A stretch of DNA of 64,000 nucleotides. Source: Eledone cirrhosa. Its lineage: Eukaryota. Shown one piece after another: positions 53,557-64,000 of the stretch (its first letter is position 1; every line of letters starts with the position of its first letter). The position numbers and the translations under genes were made by a program. Where the stretch lies: positions 313,658,001-313,722,000 of the forward strand of contig OZ024742.1 of NCBI GenBank assembly GCA_964016885.1, given 5' to 3'. The notes under the pieces are model-generated. The model ran no database searches, was not told the DNA's origin, and saw only the letters and a program-made list of their open reading frames with translations.

Positions 53557-56500
53557 CTACAGGCTTATGTAAAGAGAAGGCCCATTCACACGGGCCATTC
53601 TCGCCACTTTCACCCACCTTTCATAAAAACGACTGGGGTGGAGCACCTCTCTCTCCATCCTGATCCTTCTTCCGAAATGATATCGGAAGAAACGGACCAG
53701 TTGTTGGCCAGAGAGAAAGGTGCCTGACCTCAGTCCTTTCAGACGCGTCCACCATACAACTTCTTTCACCATGGCTATTACGCACAGAAACACCGCCTCT
53801 GCTTCATCTTTGAAGGGGGGAGGCGGCTTGATTATTACAATAGACTCGGTGGTCAACCGGATCGGTCCCACCCTTGACAGCAGTTGTTCGACATAGCCCC
53901 ACAGATCGGCTACGCCCGAGCAGTGTACCAATGCGTGTGCAACGGTTTCCTCGTCGCACACGCATCTGGGACAGATCTTTTTGGCGGGGTCCCTACCCGG
54001 GCGCCCGTGTCTGTAGAGCTTTTCTCGAACGGGTAGAGCCCCTCGGTAGCACTGCCAGGCCAGGGACTTCTGAAAGTTGTCCATAGGTCCTGGGCTGAAT
54101 GTCCTACCGAACAGGCTGGCCAGTTCGTCCTCCTCCATGTCTAGGGCTTCTCCGAGGGCGTCGTCGCACCTGCTGCGTACCAGCCCTCTATAGAATGTTG
54201 CGGTGGAGTCTCCACTGATAACCGGATCCGCCTGCCAGAGGGCGGTGAGCGCCTGGGCACACTCAGTGTGCCAGGCGCCCAGTTTTCTCGGTCTTTGCTT
54301 GACCCAGGATTGCAGCTCGGTGAGTGAGACGAGACTGGGAAAGGTTCGTCTCACAAACGAGGCCCACACCGGTTGACCGGTGAGGAATACATAGAGGTGC
54401 CGTAGCCTTAATGCGTGTTTACGCATCATTAGCCACGGCATCCCCAGCCCTCCTTTCGAAGGGTGTTGACAGCAGATGGATCTCCTCACCATAGGAGCCC
54501 GCCTCTTCCAAAGGAATTGGAAGAGCGCGCGCTCCATCTTGGTGAGGGTTTCCCTTGGGCAGGACACTACGGTCAGGCGGTAGTAGATGACGGACGCTAT
54601 ATAGGTGTTCGCCACCTCCGCCCGACCTTTCAGGGATAGTTTGCAACTGGCCCACTTCTGGGTCAGTGCAAACACCCTGTTCGCAACCTCCGCCCAGTTT
54701 TTCTCCACCTGGAGGTCCGGTCCAAACCAGACCCCGAGCAACTTCACCGGGCCCTCCGTCCAGCGTCCGACGACGCCATCGGAGGGCATTGGTCTGCCCC
54801 TCCACGTGCCGAGTTGCAAACCGATCGACTTGTCCCGTTTCAGCTTAGCCCCTGTGAACCTTTCGTACTCCTCCAGTAAGGTGCCGACCGCCTCGATTTC
54901 GGAGGCCATCGACACCATTACTGTCACGTCATCGGCGTAGGCCGACACCGCTTTCCGCAATCCCGGTTCCAACGGGATGCCCTGCAACAACTCCAACTTC
55001 CGCAGTAGTGGCTCGAGAGTCAACACATACAGAAGGGAGGAGAGAGGGCACCCTTGTCGGATGGACCGCGCGATTTTGAACGGCTCCGAGAGGTAGCCGT
55101 TCACCTTGACCCTAGAGCAGATGCGGCTGATGTGCATAGCAGTGATCCAGCCCCTGAAAACGGGTCCGAAGCCTGCCGCCGCTAGCACCGCATCTAGGTA
55201 ACCATGGTCGACCCTATCGAACGCCTTAGATTGATCCAAGTTGATAGAGCCCCACCAAAGCCGGGTTCGTTCCCAACCCTCTCTATGATGTATCGCATGA
55301 GGTGGAGGTTGTCATGGATGGACCTGGACGGGATAGCGCATGTCTGCGCATCTCCCACCAGGTTGCCCACGACAAGCGCCAACCTCTTTGCTAGCACCTT
55401 GGCCAAAATCTGTAACTCTGTATTTAGCAGAGTTATGGGCCTGAAGTTACTTATTTCGTCCCCCTTGTTCTCGTCCTTCCTCACTAGCGTGACTACGCCC
55501 TTGGTCACAGTACAGGGAATTCTCCCGTTCTGTTGCCAGTTGCAGTAGACCGCCTTGAGGAGCTCGGGGAACAAGTCCGGCATAGCTAGATATAATTCGT
55601 AAGGAAGACCATCGAGACCCGGGGATTTGCGTTTGCCGCATTGGCCCAGCACGTCCTCTATCTCAGCGACCGAAATCGGCTCCTCGCAGGACTTCGCCTC
55701 CCTGTCCGAGAGACGCGGCAGGCCGTCGAGGTATGGACCGAAGTCCACATTCCCAACTGGCTCCCCGCCCCTCCCGAACAGTCGGGCAAAGTGCCTTTGA
55801 AAGACCTCACACATCTTCTTAGGCTCAAGAATCGCCCGTCCATCCAGGTCTCGCAAAGACCGGATAGTGGATTTAGTTCCACTGTTGGCCTCTGTCACGC
55901 GGGCCCAGCTAACAGCTTTGGTCCCCTCGTTCCCTAGAGCACGTATTTTACTTCGGACAACGCAGCCTTCGTACTTCGCGTTGAAAAACTGGCTCAAAGC
56001 CGTTCTCGACGCTAGCACTCTGGCCACGTCGCCGCTTCTAATTGCCTCTTCTACTCTATCTATTAGCTCCCTTTCCTTCCTATTCCTATCCGCAGCTAGA
56101 ACCTTACTAAATTCTATCGAGACTACTCTAATCTCTCTCTTTAGAGATACCCACCACCTGCTGTTGACGATCGCTCCAGTCAACCGTTCCTTAATTAACG
56201 TACTAATCCGATTCCTGTAGGCTCTACTTGCCGGCAAGGACAAGTTGAGCTTCCAGTAACCGGGGCCCTGTCTATGCGTTCTATCAAGGTTGACCATGCA
56301 GGTCACCAACTTGTGGTCTGAATAGCCAACCATGAGCATTTCTGGACAACTTAAAAAGTCCCTGTCCTTATTTCTAACTAAAAATCTATCTAGGTACGAC
56401 CTAGATGATCCGCTGCGATTTGACCAAGACCAGGTTGGCATCGTCGGAAAATCTAGTCGAAATCTATCGGCCAGGTCAAATCGGCCGAGTAACCCCTTGA

Positions 56501-56993
56501 GGCTGTTGCACCCCTCTCTATCGGGACATGCCCCTGCATAGTCCCAACGTGCATCCAGGATACCATTCCAATCCCCCACTAAAAGCAGGGAACGGGACGT
56601 CCCTAGAAAAGACTCCAGACGCTGGAAAAAGTCGGGCCGCTCTGTCCCAAAAGGGGCATATGCGGCTATCAGCCTAAAGGCTCTACCTTCACCACTGCCA
56701 AGGTCCAGCACCACCAGTCGACCCCCTGGGTCCAAGTGAACTATCTGTGTTGCAAGGCCCATATGTTTTTGCAGCAGAACGACAACCCCACCCCCACCTC
56801 CGGGCTGACAGAGAGATGCGTGCATCTCAAAGTCGTCAAAGGTGGGGGCTAGCTGTCGCATGCTGCTGATCCGGGCCTCGCAGATAACCATCACATTTAT
56901 AGATTGTGACCTGAGGTCATTTAGAAGCATTGCTTGCTTCCAAGACGAGCCCAGGCCACGCGCATTTAGACACCCTACTCTTAGCACAGCCAT
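53557..56993 (-). CDS. Tx1 ORF2 (APE endonuclease, RT, C-terminal zinc finger); one 1-nt deletion at 55245/55246, ~1145 aa if repaired
   Basis: LNARGL, GDWN, SYLDRF, SDH, GYWKLN, KSPGLDGLPYE, YADD; copy E has ttgatcagagc where D has ttgatagagc. Confidence 0.93.
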
Positions 56994-57332
56994 GTTGGTG
57001 GCAAAGAGAAAAGGCACTTACCTCTCTGCGTCCCGGGAAACGGGCCGCTCAATTTCCATGCTGGTTGGGGATGGGTTGTTGGGTGGGGTGGTGGTTTGTG
57101 GAAGTGAAGGGGCATCGGTGTGTTGTGGGGTTGGGGTGTTTGTGGTTGAGTGGGTGTCTGGGTGGGGTGGGGGGTGAAATTTTTTAGGAGGACGCGGTTG
57201 ATTGGTTTGGCGCAGGGGGGGGGGGGGGCCACGTCCTCCGTGAAATTTATTTTCAGTGTTTTGTACAAGTGCATTGGGACTTTTATCATTTTTAAATGAG
57301 GTAGTCCCACAGCAGTTATAAAGTTTGGCCCT

Positions 57333-58856
57333 TCAGTTTGGACCGAAGGGTTTGCTGAAATTGTTTTCCGTAATTCTTTGTTGTCTGTGTTCATGTATGT
57401 GTATTGTAAGGTCTTTTTTTCTGTAGCAGTTAGTGTTGTGTGACAGGGAGGGGTGGTTTGTGTGTAGTTTGTGTTCTCTTTGGGGGGGGTTAAAGTTAAC
57501 ATGTGTGTCTGTGGTGCGTCTCCTCTTCTTTCTTTTTACTTGTTGGAAGGGATCTTTTTCGTCTTGCGACGAAAGAGGTTCGTCTTCCTTGTTGGGTGGG
57601 AGGGGTATGTTTTCTGGTAGTGTTTGCGGTGTGCGTGTTTTTGTATTTGTTTTGGATGGGGAGGGATTGGGTGGGACAGTATTCTGTGTTATTTTTTCAC
57701 GCGTTTGTTGTTGTTGTTGTTGTGGTGGTGGTGGTGGGGTTGTTGGTTTTTGTTGTTGTTGTGGTTGTTTTTGTTGTTGTAGTTGGGTTGGTGTTGGTAG
57801 CAGTGTTTTTTTCTGTGTGAGCTGGGGACAGGCAGCCCTCAGGTGACCTCTATTGCCACAGAGGTAACAGGAGGGACGCCTACCCTCCACAATAATGTTG
57901 AGGTGGGTACGGTCATCCAGCATGACGCGCTCAGGGATTTGGGCGATGCGTTCTGGCCTTATTTGGGTCAGAACTTCGATGCTCGTTCCACTGAACGCGT
58001 CGCCGGATGCCTTCCCTATTGAAATGAGGTTGTCCTCGTCTAAATTGAGGAAACCGGTTAGTAACCACCAGTAGTTTATGTTTGGGGTGATGGTGGTTAT
58101 CCATATCCTCTGGGTTTTTTTACCTATGTAGGTGGGGAAGAAGGTGTAGTGTGTGGACCGAATTGGCGACACAGAGTATTTTTTTGCCGCCAATTCGTCT
58201 TTCATCAATATGGATAAACTCCCATAGAGTTTATCCTTTTGTATAAAAGTGATATCTCTCATCGCGTCTTTCAAGACTAACTGAATTTCCGCTTGAGATG
58301 GTTGCGCTGGTTTCTTTGTTTTATTTAAAATTGTTCGGAATACGACAGTTCGTAATTCCGTCTGTCTTTTTAGCTCCGGAGGTGAATGTATAGAAAACGA
58401 ACCGTTTTCGCCAAAAGACACATATTTCTTGGCTTTTTCCAGCATTTCTTTTGCTTTTGAAACATCTTCCAGCACATAAGCGACTGATAATTTAGCCGTT
58501 TGTGCAAAAGATATTTTGTTTTCGCTTTGGATTTTAGTATTGTTTTGTTTCTCGTCGTTTGAGTTGTTTTCATCTTTGTTGTTGTTATTGTCTTTCTCGT
58601 TTGGTGTGTGGATACTTGTGACGTTTGTGTTGTTGTTTTTGTTGTCTTTATTGTTGCTGTTGTTGTCGTTGTTGTTGTTGTTTTCAAATTCTTGTGTAGT
58701 TGTGGCTACATCTAGTGGTCGGTCAACAGGTGAAGACAATTCTTCCTCTCTCTGACCTCTGTCTTTGGCATCTGCTGCTGTGACAGTGGTAGGGGGAAGC
58801 TGTGAGTATGACTTCCCCTTTCCTTCTTTGATTGATGGTGAAGATGCTTCAGCCAT
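57333..58856 (-). CDS. Tx1 ORF1 (nucleic-acid-binding, CX2CX4HX4C knuckle); probably extends to 56981
   Basis: aaaATGG start; EGRRPSCYLCGNRGHLRAAC; basic KRKKRRR. Confidence 0.88.
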   Translation of the reverse strand: MAEASSPSIKEGKGKSYSQLPPTTVTAADAKDRGQREEELSSPVDRPLDVATTTQEFENNNNNDNNSNNKDNKNNNTNVTSIHTPNEKDNNNNKDENNSNDEKQNNTKIQSENKISFAQTAKLSVAYVLEDVSKAKEMLEKAKKYVSFGENGSFSIHSPPELKRQTELRTVVFRTILNKTKKPAQPSQAEIQLVLKDAMRDITFIQKDKLYGSLSILMKDELAAKKYSVSPIRSTHYTFFPTYIGKKTQRIWITTITPNINYWWLLTGFLNLDEDNLISIGKASGDAFSGTSIEVLTQIRPERIAQIPERVMLDDRTHLNIIVEGRRPSCYLCGNRGHLRAACPQLTQKKTLLPTPTQLQQQKQPQQQQKPTTPPPPPQQQQQQTREKITQNTVPPNPSPSKTNTKTRTPQTLPENIPLPPNKEDEPLSSQDEKDPFQQVKRKKRRRTTDTHVNFNPPQREHKLHTNHPSLSHNTNCYRKKDLTIHIHEHRQQRITENNFSKPFGPN

Positions 58857-59079
58857 TTTTCTCAAAATAGGGTTTTTCGAAGTTTTTCGAAAGATAAAAT
58901 GTTCACAATACTATTTCGCCCAAAGGCGCAGAATATTTTGAGAGACCGACCAGATCAAAATTTGACCTGGCAGTCCCTCTACAAAATGGTACAAAAATGA
59001 AAGTTTACAGTTTACAATTTTCGTATGAATTTAAACAAAAACTTACCGAGCGAGCTCAGCACATGTGTCCATCATAAAA

Positions 59080-59800
59080 GACAGACATATAGATAGATGG
59101 AGAGCCAGACAGACAGACAGACAGATATATAGATAGATGGAGAGCTAGACAGACAGATATATAGATAGATGGAGAGCTAGACAGACAGACAGACAGATAT
59201 ATAGATAGATGGAGAGCCAGACAGACAGATATATAGATAGATGGAGAGCCAGACAGACAGACAGACAGATATATAGATAGATGGAGAGCTAGACAGACAG
59301 ATATATAGATAGATGGAGAGCTAGACAGACAGACAGACAGACAGATATATAGATAGATGGAGAGCCAGACAGACAGATATATAGATAGATGGAGAGCCAG
59401 ACAGACAGATATATAGATAGATGGAGAGCCAGACAGACAGATATATAGATAGATGGAGAGCCAGACAGACAGACAGACAGATATATAGATAGATGGAGAG
59501 CCAGACAGACAGATATATAGATAGATGGAGAGCCAGACAGACAGATATATAGATAGATGGAGAGCCAGACAGACAGACAGACAGATATATAGATAGATGG
59601 AGAGCCAGACAGACAGATATATAGATAGATGGAGAGCCAGACAGACAGATATATAGATAGATGGAGAGCTAGACAGACAGATATATAGATAGATGGAGAG
59701 CTAGACAGACAGACAGACAGATATATAGATAGATGGAGAGCTAGACAGACAGATATATAGATAGATGGAGAGCCAGACAGACAGACAGATATATAGATAT
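59080..59800. repeat. 32/36-bp GATA/GACA minisatellite
   Basis: About 21 tandem units. Confidence 0.97.
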
Positions 59801-62496
59801 GTTTCTTTTATTTGCCACCAGGGCATCAAAAGTGGGACAAGTACAATGGGGGGAGTTTACACAAAAAGCGTCCTCAATAAGGAGGAGGCAATAACAAAAT
59901 CATCATCATCAACGTTTAACGTCCGTGTTCCACGCTTGCATGGGTTTGGACGGGGGTAGTCCCACTTGAGGCAAGAGTGATTGTCTTGCTCGCATAGGAC
60001 TGTCTGGCAGGTTTTCTACAGTTGGATGCCCTTCCTAACACCAACCACATTTACAGTGTGGGTCTGGGAGGTTTTTACCGTGTTGCCTACACGGCCACAT
60101 TACAGCGTGGACTGTGTGTTTTTTTGTCGTGACACCTACACGATCTCATTTGTTTCGGCCTCGATGGCGCGGCACCAACATAACTTTACATAGAACGGGG
60201 TGGTGTGGATCGGGTGGGGGTGGTGGGACGGGGTGTATTTTGTTAGAGATGCCTACTGGCTGGAGTAGGTTTTACTATATATTTAGGTAAGGCGGGTCTT
60301 CTCTGTTACTGAGTACCGCCAAAGGTCTCGGTCCAGTGACATTGTCTTGGAGAGGTGTAAGTGTGTGATGTCGGAGTTTATCAGCTCGTCCCAGGTTTTT
60401 CTAGGTCTGCCTATTCCGTGACTACCGTCTATCTTTATTGCCCTGCACTTTGTTATACCAAATATAAAAATAAAATAAAATATAACAAAAAATAAAATTT
60501 ATAACAAAATCCTCAATAGAGAGGAGGCGCCTTGGGGGTCGCACACACCCCCGAAAAAAGTGTGCAACCCTTTTCCTCAGGAGCACAGAGAGGGGGTGCT
60601 ACCTCGTTCCTTCCTCTTTTCCACCTACAGGCTTATGTAAAGAGAAGGCCCATTCACACGGGCCATTCTCGCCACTTTCACCCACCTTTCATAAAAACGA
60701 CTGGGGTGGAGCACCTCTCTCTCCATCCTGATCCTTCTTCCGAAATGATATCGGAAGAAACGGACCAGTTGTTGGCCAGAGAGAAAGGTGCCTGACCTCA
60801 GTCCTTTCAGACGCGTCCACCATACAACCTCTTTCGCCATGGCTATTACGCACAGAAACACCGCCTCTGCTTCATCTTTGAAGGGGGGAGGCGGCTTTAT
60901 CGTTACAATAGACTCGGTGGTCAACCGGATCGGTCCCACCCTTGACAGCAGTTGTTCGACATAGCCCCACAGATCGGCTACGCCCGAGCAGTGTACTAAT
61001 GCGTGTGCAACGGTTTCCTCGTCGCACACGCATCTGGGACAGATCTTTTTGGCGGGGTCCCTACCCGGGCGCCCGTGTCTGTAGAGCCTTTCTCGAACGG
61101 GTAAAGCCCCTCGGTAGCACTGCCAGGCCAGGGACTTCTGGAAGTTGTCCATAGGTCCCGGGCTGAATGTCCTACCGAACAGGCTGGCCAGTTCGTCCTC
61201 CTCCATGTCTAGGGCTTCTCCGAGGGCGTCGTCGCACCTGCTGCATACCAGCCCTCTATAGAATGTTGTGGTGGAGTCTCCACTGATAACCGGATCCGCC
61301 TGCCAGAGGGCGGTGAGCGCCTGGGCACACTCAGTTTCCCAGGCGCCCAGTTTTCTCGGTCTTTGCTTGACCCAGGATTGCAGCTCGGTGAGTGAGATGA
61401 GTCTGGGAAAGGTTCGTCTCACAAACGAGGCCCACACCGGTTGACTGGCGAGGAATACGTAGAGGTGCCGTAGCCTTAATGCGTGTTTACGCATCATTAG
61501 CCACGGCATCCCCAGCCCTCCTTTCGAAGGGTGTTGACAGCAGATGGATCTCCTCACCATAGGAGCCCGCCTCTTCCAAAGGAATTGGAAGAGTGCGCGC
61601 TCCATCTTGGTGAGGGTTTCCCTTGGGCAGGGCACTACAGTCAGGCGGTAGTAGATGACGGACGCTATGTAGGTGTTCGCCACCTCCGCCCGACCTTTCA
61701 GGGATAGTTTGCAACTGGCCCACTTCTGGGTCAGTGCAAACACCCTGTTCGTAACCTCCGCCCAGTTTTTCTCCACTTGGAGGTCCGGTCCGAACCAGAC
61801 CCCGAGCAACTTCACCGGGCCCTCCGTCCAGCGTCCGACGACGCCATCGGAGAGCATCGGTCTGCCCCTCCACGTGCCGAGTTGCAAACCGATCGACTTG
61901 TCCCGGTTCAGCTTAGCCCCTGTGAACCTTTCGTACTCCTCCAGTAAGGTGCCGACCGCCTCGATTTCGGAGGCCGTCGACACCATTACTGTCACGTCAT
62001 CGGCGTAGGCCGACACCACTTTCCGCAATCCCGGTTCCAAAGGGATGCCCTGCAACAACTCCAACTTCCGCAGTAGTGGCTCGAGAGTCAACACATACAG
62101 AAGGGAGGAGAGAGGGCACCCTTGTTGGATGGACCGCGCGATTTTGAACGGCTCCGAGAGGTAACCGTTCACCTTGACCCTAGAGCAGATGCGGCTGCTG
62201 TGCATAGCAGTGATCCAGCCCCTGAAAACGGGTCCGAAGCCTGCCGCCGCTAGCACCGCATCCAGGTAACCATGGTCAACCCCATCGAACGCCTTAGATT
62301 GATCCAAGTTGATCAGAGCCCCACCAAAGCCGGGTTCGTTCCCAACCCTCTCTATGATGTATCGCATGAGGTGGAGGTTGTCATGGATGGACCTGGACGG
62401 GATAGCGCATGTCTGCGCATCTCCCACCAGGTTGCCCACGACAAGCGCCAACCTCTTTGCTAGCACCTTGGCCAAAATCTGTAACTCTGTATTTAG
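59801..62496 (-). mobile_element. Tx1 copy E (5'-truncated, open RT frame), 3'UTR split by an RTE
   Basis: 616-aa uninterrupted ORF 60625-62475, near-identical to D. Confidence 0.96.
59901..60458 (-). mobile_element. RTE 3' fragment nested in the 3'UTR of Tx1 copy E
   Basis: (CAT)n tail; short TSD aaat (59897-59900 / 60460-60463). Confidence 0.93.
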
Positions 62497-63156
62497 ATAG
62501 ATGGAGAGCCAGACAGACAGATATATAGATAGATGGAGAGCCAGACAGACAGATATATAGATAGATGGAGAGCTAGACAGACAGACAGACAGATATATAG
62601 ATAGATGGAGAGACAGACAGACAGATATATAGATAGATGGAGAGCCAGACAGACAGACAGACAGATATATAGATAGATGGAGAGACAGACAGACAGACAG
62701 ATATATAGATAGATGGAGAGCTAGACAGACAGACAGACATATAGATAGATGGAGAGACAGACAGACAGATATATAGATAGATGGAGAGCCAGACAGACAG
62801 ACAGATATATAGATAGATGGAGAGACAGACAGACAGACAGATATATAGATAGATGGAGAGCTAGACAGACAGATATATAGATAGATGGAGAGCTAGACAG
62901 ACAGATATATAGATAGATGGAGAGCTAGACAGACAGATATATAGATAGATGGAGAGCCAGACAGACAGACAGATATATAGATAGATGGAGAGACAGACAG
63001 ACAGATATATAGATAGATGGAGAGCCAGACAGACAGATATATAGATAGATGGAGAGCTAGACAGACAGACAGACAGACAGATAGATAGATGGAGAGCCAG
63101 ATAGACAGACATATAGATAGATGGAGAGCTAGACAGACATATAGATAGATAGATAT
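62497..63156. repeat. 32/36-bp GATA/GACA minisatellite
   Basis: About 19 tandem units. Confidence 0.97.
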
Positions 63157-64000
63157 ATTTCTTTTATTTGCCACTAGGGCATCAAAAGTGGGACAAGTAC
63201 AAAGGGGGGAGTTTACACAAAAAGGCGTCCTCAATAAGGAGGAGGCAATAACAAAATATAAAAATAAAATAAGATATAACAAAAAATAAAATTTTTAACA
63301 AAATCCTCAATAGAGAGGAGGCGCCTTGGGGGGTTGCACACACCCCCGAAAAAAGTGTGCAACCCTTCTCCTCAGGAGCACAGAGAAGGGGTGCTCCCTT
63401 GGTCTTTCATCTTCCTCACCTATAGTCTGATGTAGAGTGAAGGCCCATTCACACGGGCCATTCTCGCCACTTTCACCCATCTTTCATAGAAACGGCTGGG
63501 GTGCAGCACCTCTCTCTCCATCCTGATCCTTCTTCCGAAATGATATCGGAAGAAACGGACCAGTTGTTGGCCAGAGAGAAAGGTGCCCGACCTCAGTCCT
63601 TTCAGACGCGTCCACCATACAACCTCTTTCGCCATGGCTATTACGCACAGAAACACCGCCTCTGCTTCATCTTTGAAGGGGGGAGGCGGCTTGATCATTA
63701 CAATAGACTCGGTGGTCAACCGGATCGGTCCCACCCTTGACAGCAGTTGTTCGACATAGCCCCACAGATCGGCTACGCCCGAGCAGTGTACTAATGCGTG
63801 TGCAACGGTTTCCTCGTCGCACACGCATCTGGGACAGATCTTTTTGGCGGGGTCCCTACCCGGGCGCCCGTGTCTGTAGAGCCTTTCTCGAACGGGTAAA
63901 GCCCCTCGGTAGCACTGCCAGGCCAGGGACTTCTGGAAGTTGTCCATAGGTCCCGGGCTGAATGTCCTACCGAAAAGGCTGGCCAGTTCGTCCTCCTCCA
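63157..64000 (-). mobile_element. Tx1 copy F (continues past window end)
   Basis: 3'UTR plus ORF2 C-terminus 63420-64000. Confidence 0.95.

Larger units (their letters stand above)
53242..59079 (-). mobile_element. Full-length Tx1-clade LINE copy D (~5.8 kb)
   Basis: 5'UTR, ORF1 with CCHC knuckle, ORF2 APE-RT-zinc finger, 3'UTR; imperfect TSD agacaga(t/c)atatagat. Confidence 0.96.

Overview
AT-rich, repeat-saturated animal DNA. The SINE, RTE and MITE families look octopus/cephalopod-like to me, which is inference only. No host protein-coding gene is confidently identifiable. The window has four zones. (1) 1-18.5 kb: nested debris of RTE LINEs, tRNA-SINEs, TTAA and TA MITEs, a DD37D (maT) mariner, and Penelope-type hammerhead ribozyme motifs. 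(2) 18.6-35.5 kb: a 26/28-bp satellite with higher-order duplications and two RTE insertions; all its very long ORFs are artefacts. (3) 35.5-49.5 kb: SINEs, a Helitron, microsatellites, a palindrome carrying two hammerheads, and a pair of inverted repeats spanning about 11 kb whose identity stops just after a splice-acceptor-like CAG. (4) 49.5-64 kb: six co-oriented Tx1-clade (L1 group) retrotransposons from at least 3 subfamilies, all inserted in GATA/GACA repeats and lacking poly(A) tails; one is full length. Best leads: a GATA-repeat-targeting Tx1 lineage with a candidate 5'UTR intron and a second splice donor just before ORF2; an RTE family with a PHD finger inserted inside the reverse transcriptase; covarying minimal hammerhead ribozymes; and the inverted-repeat segment with two alternative candidate last exons. 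All coordinates were read by eye and may be off by a few bases.
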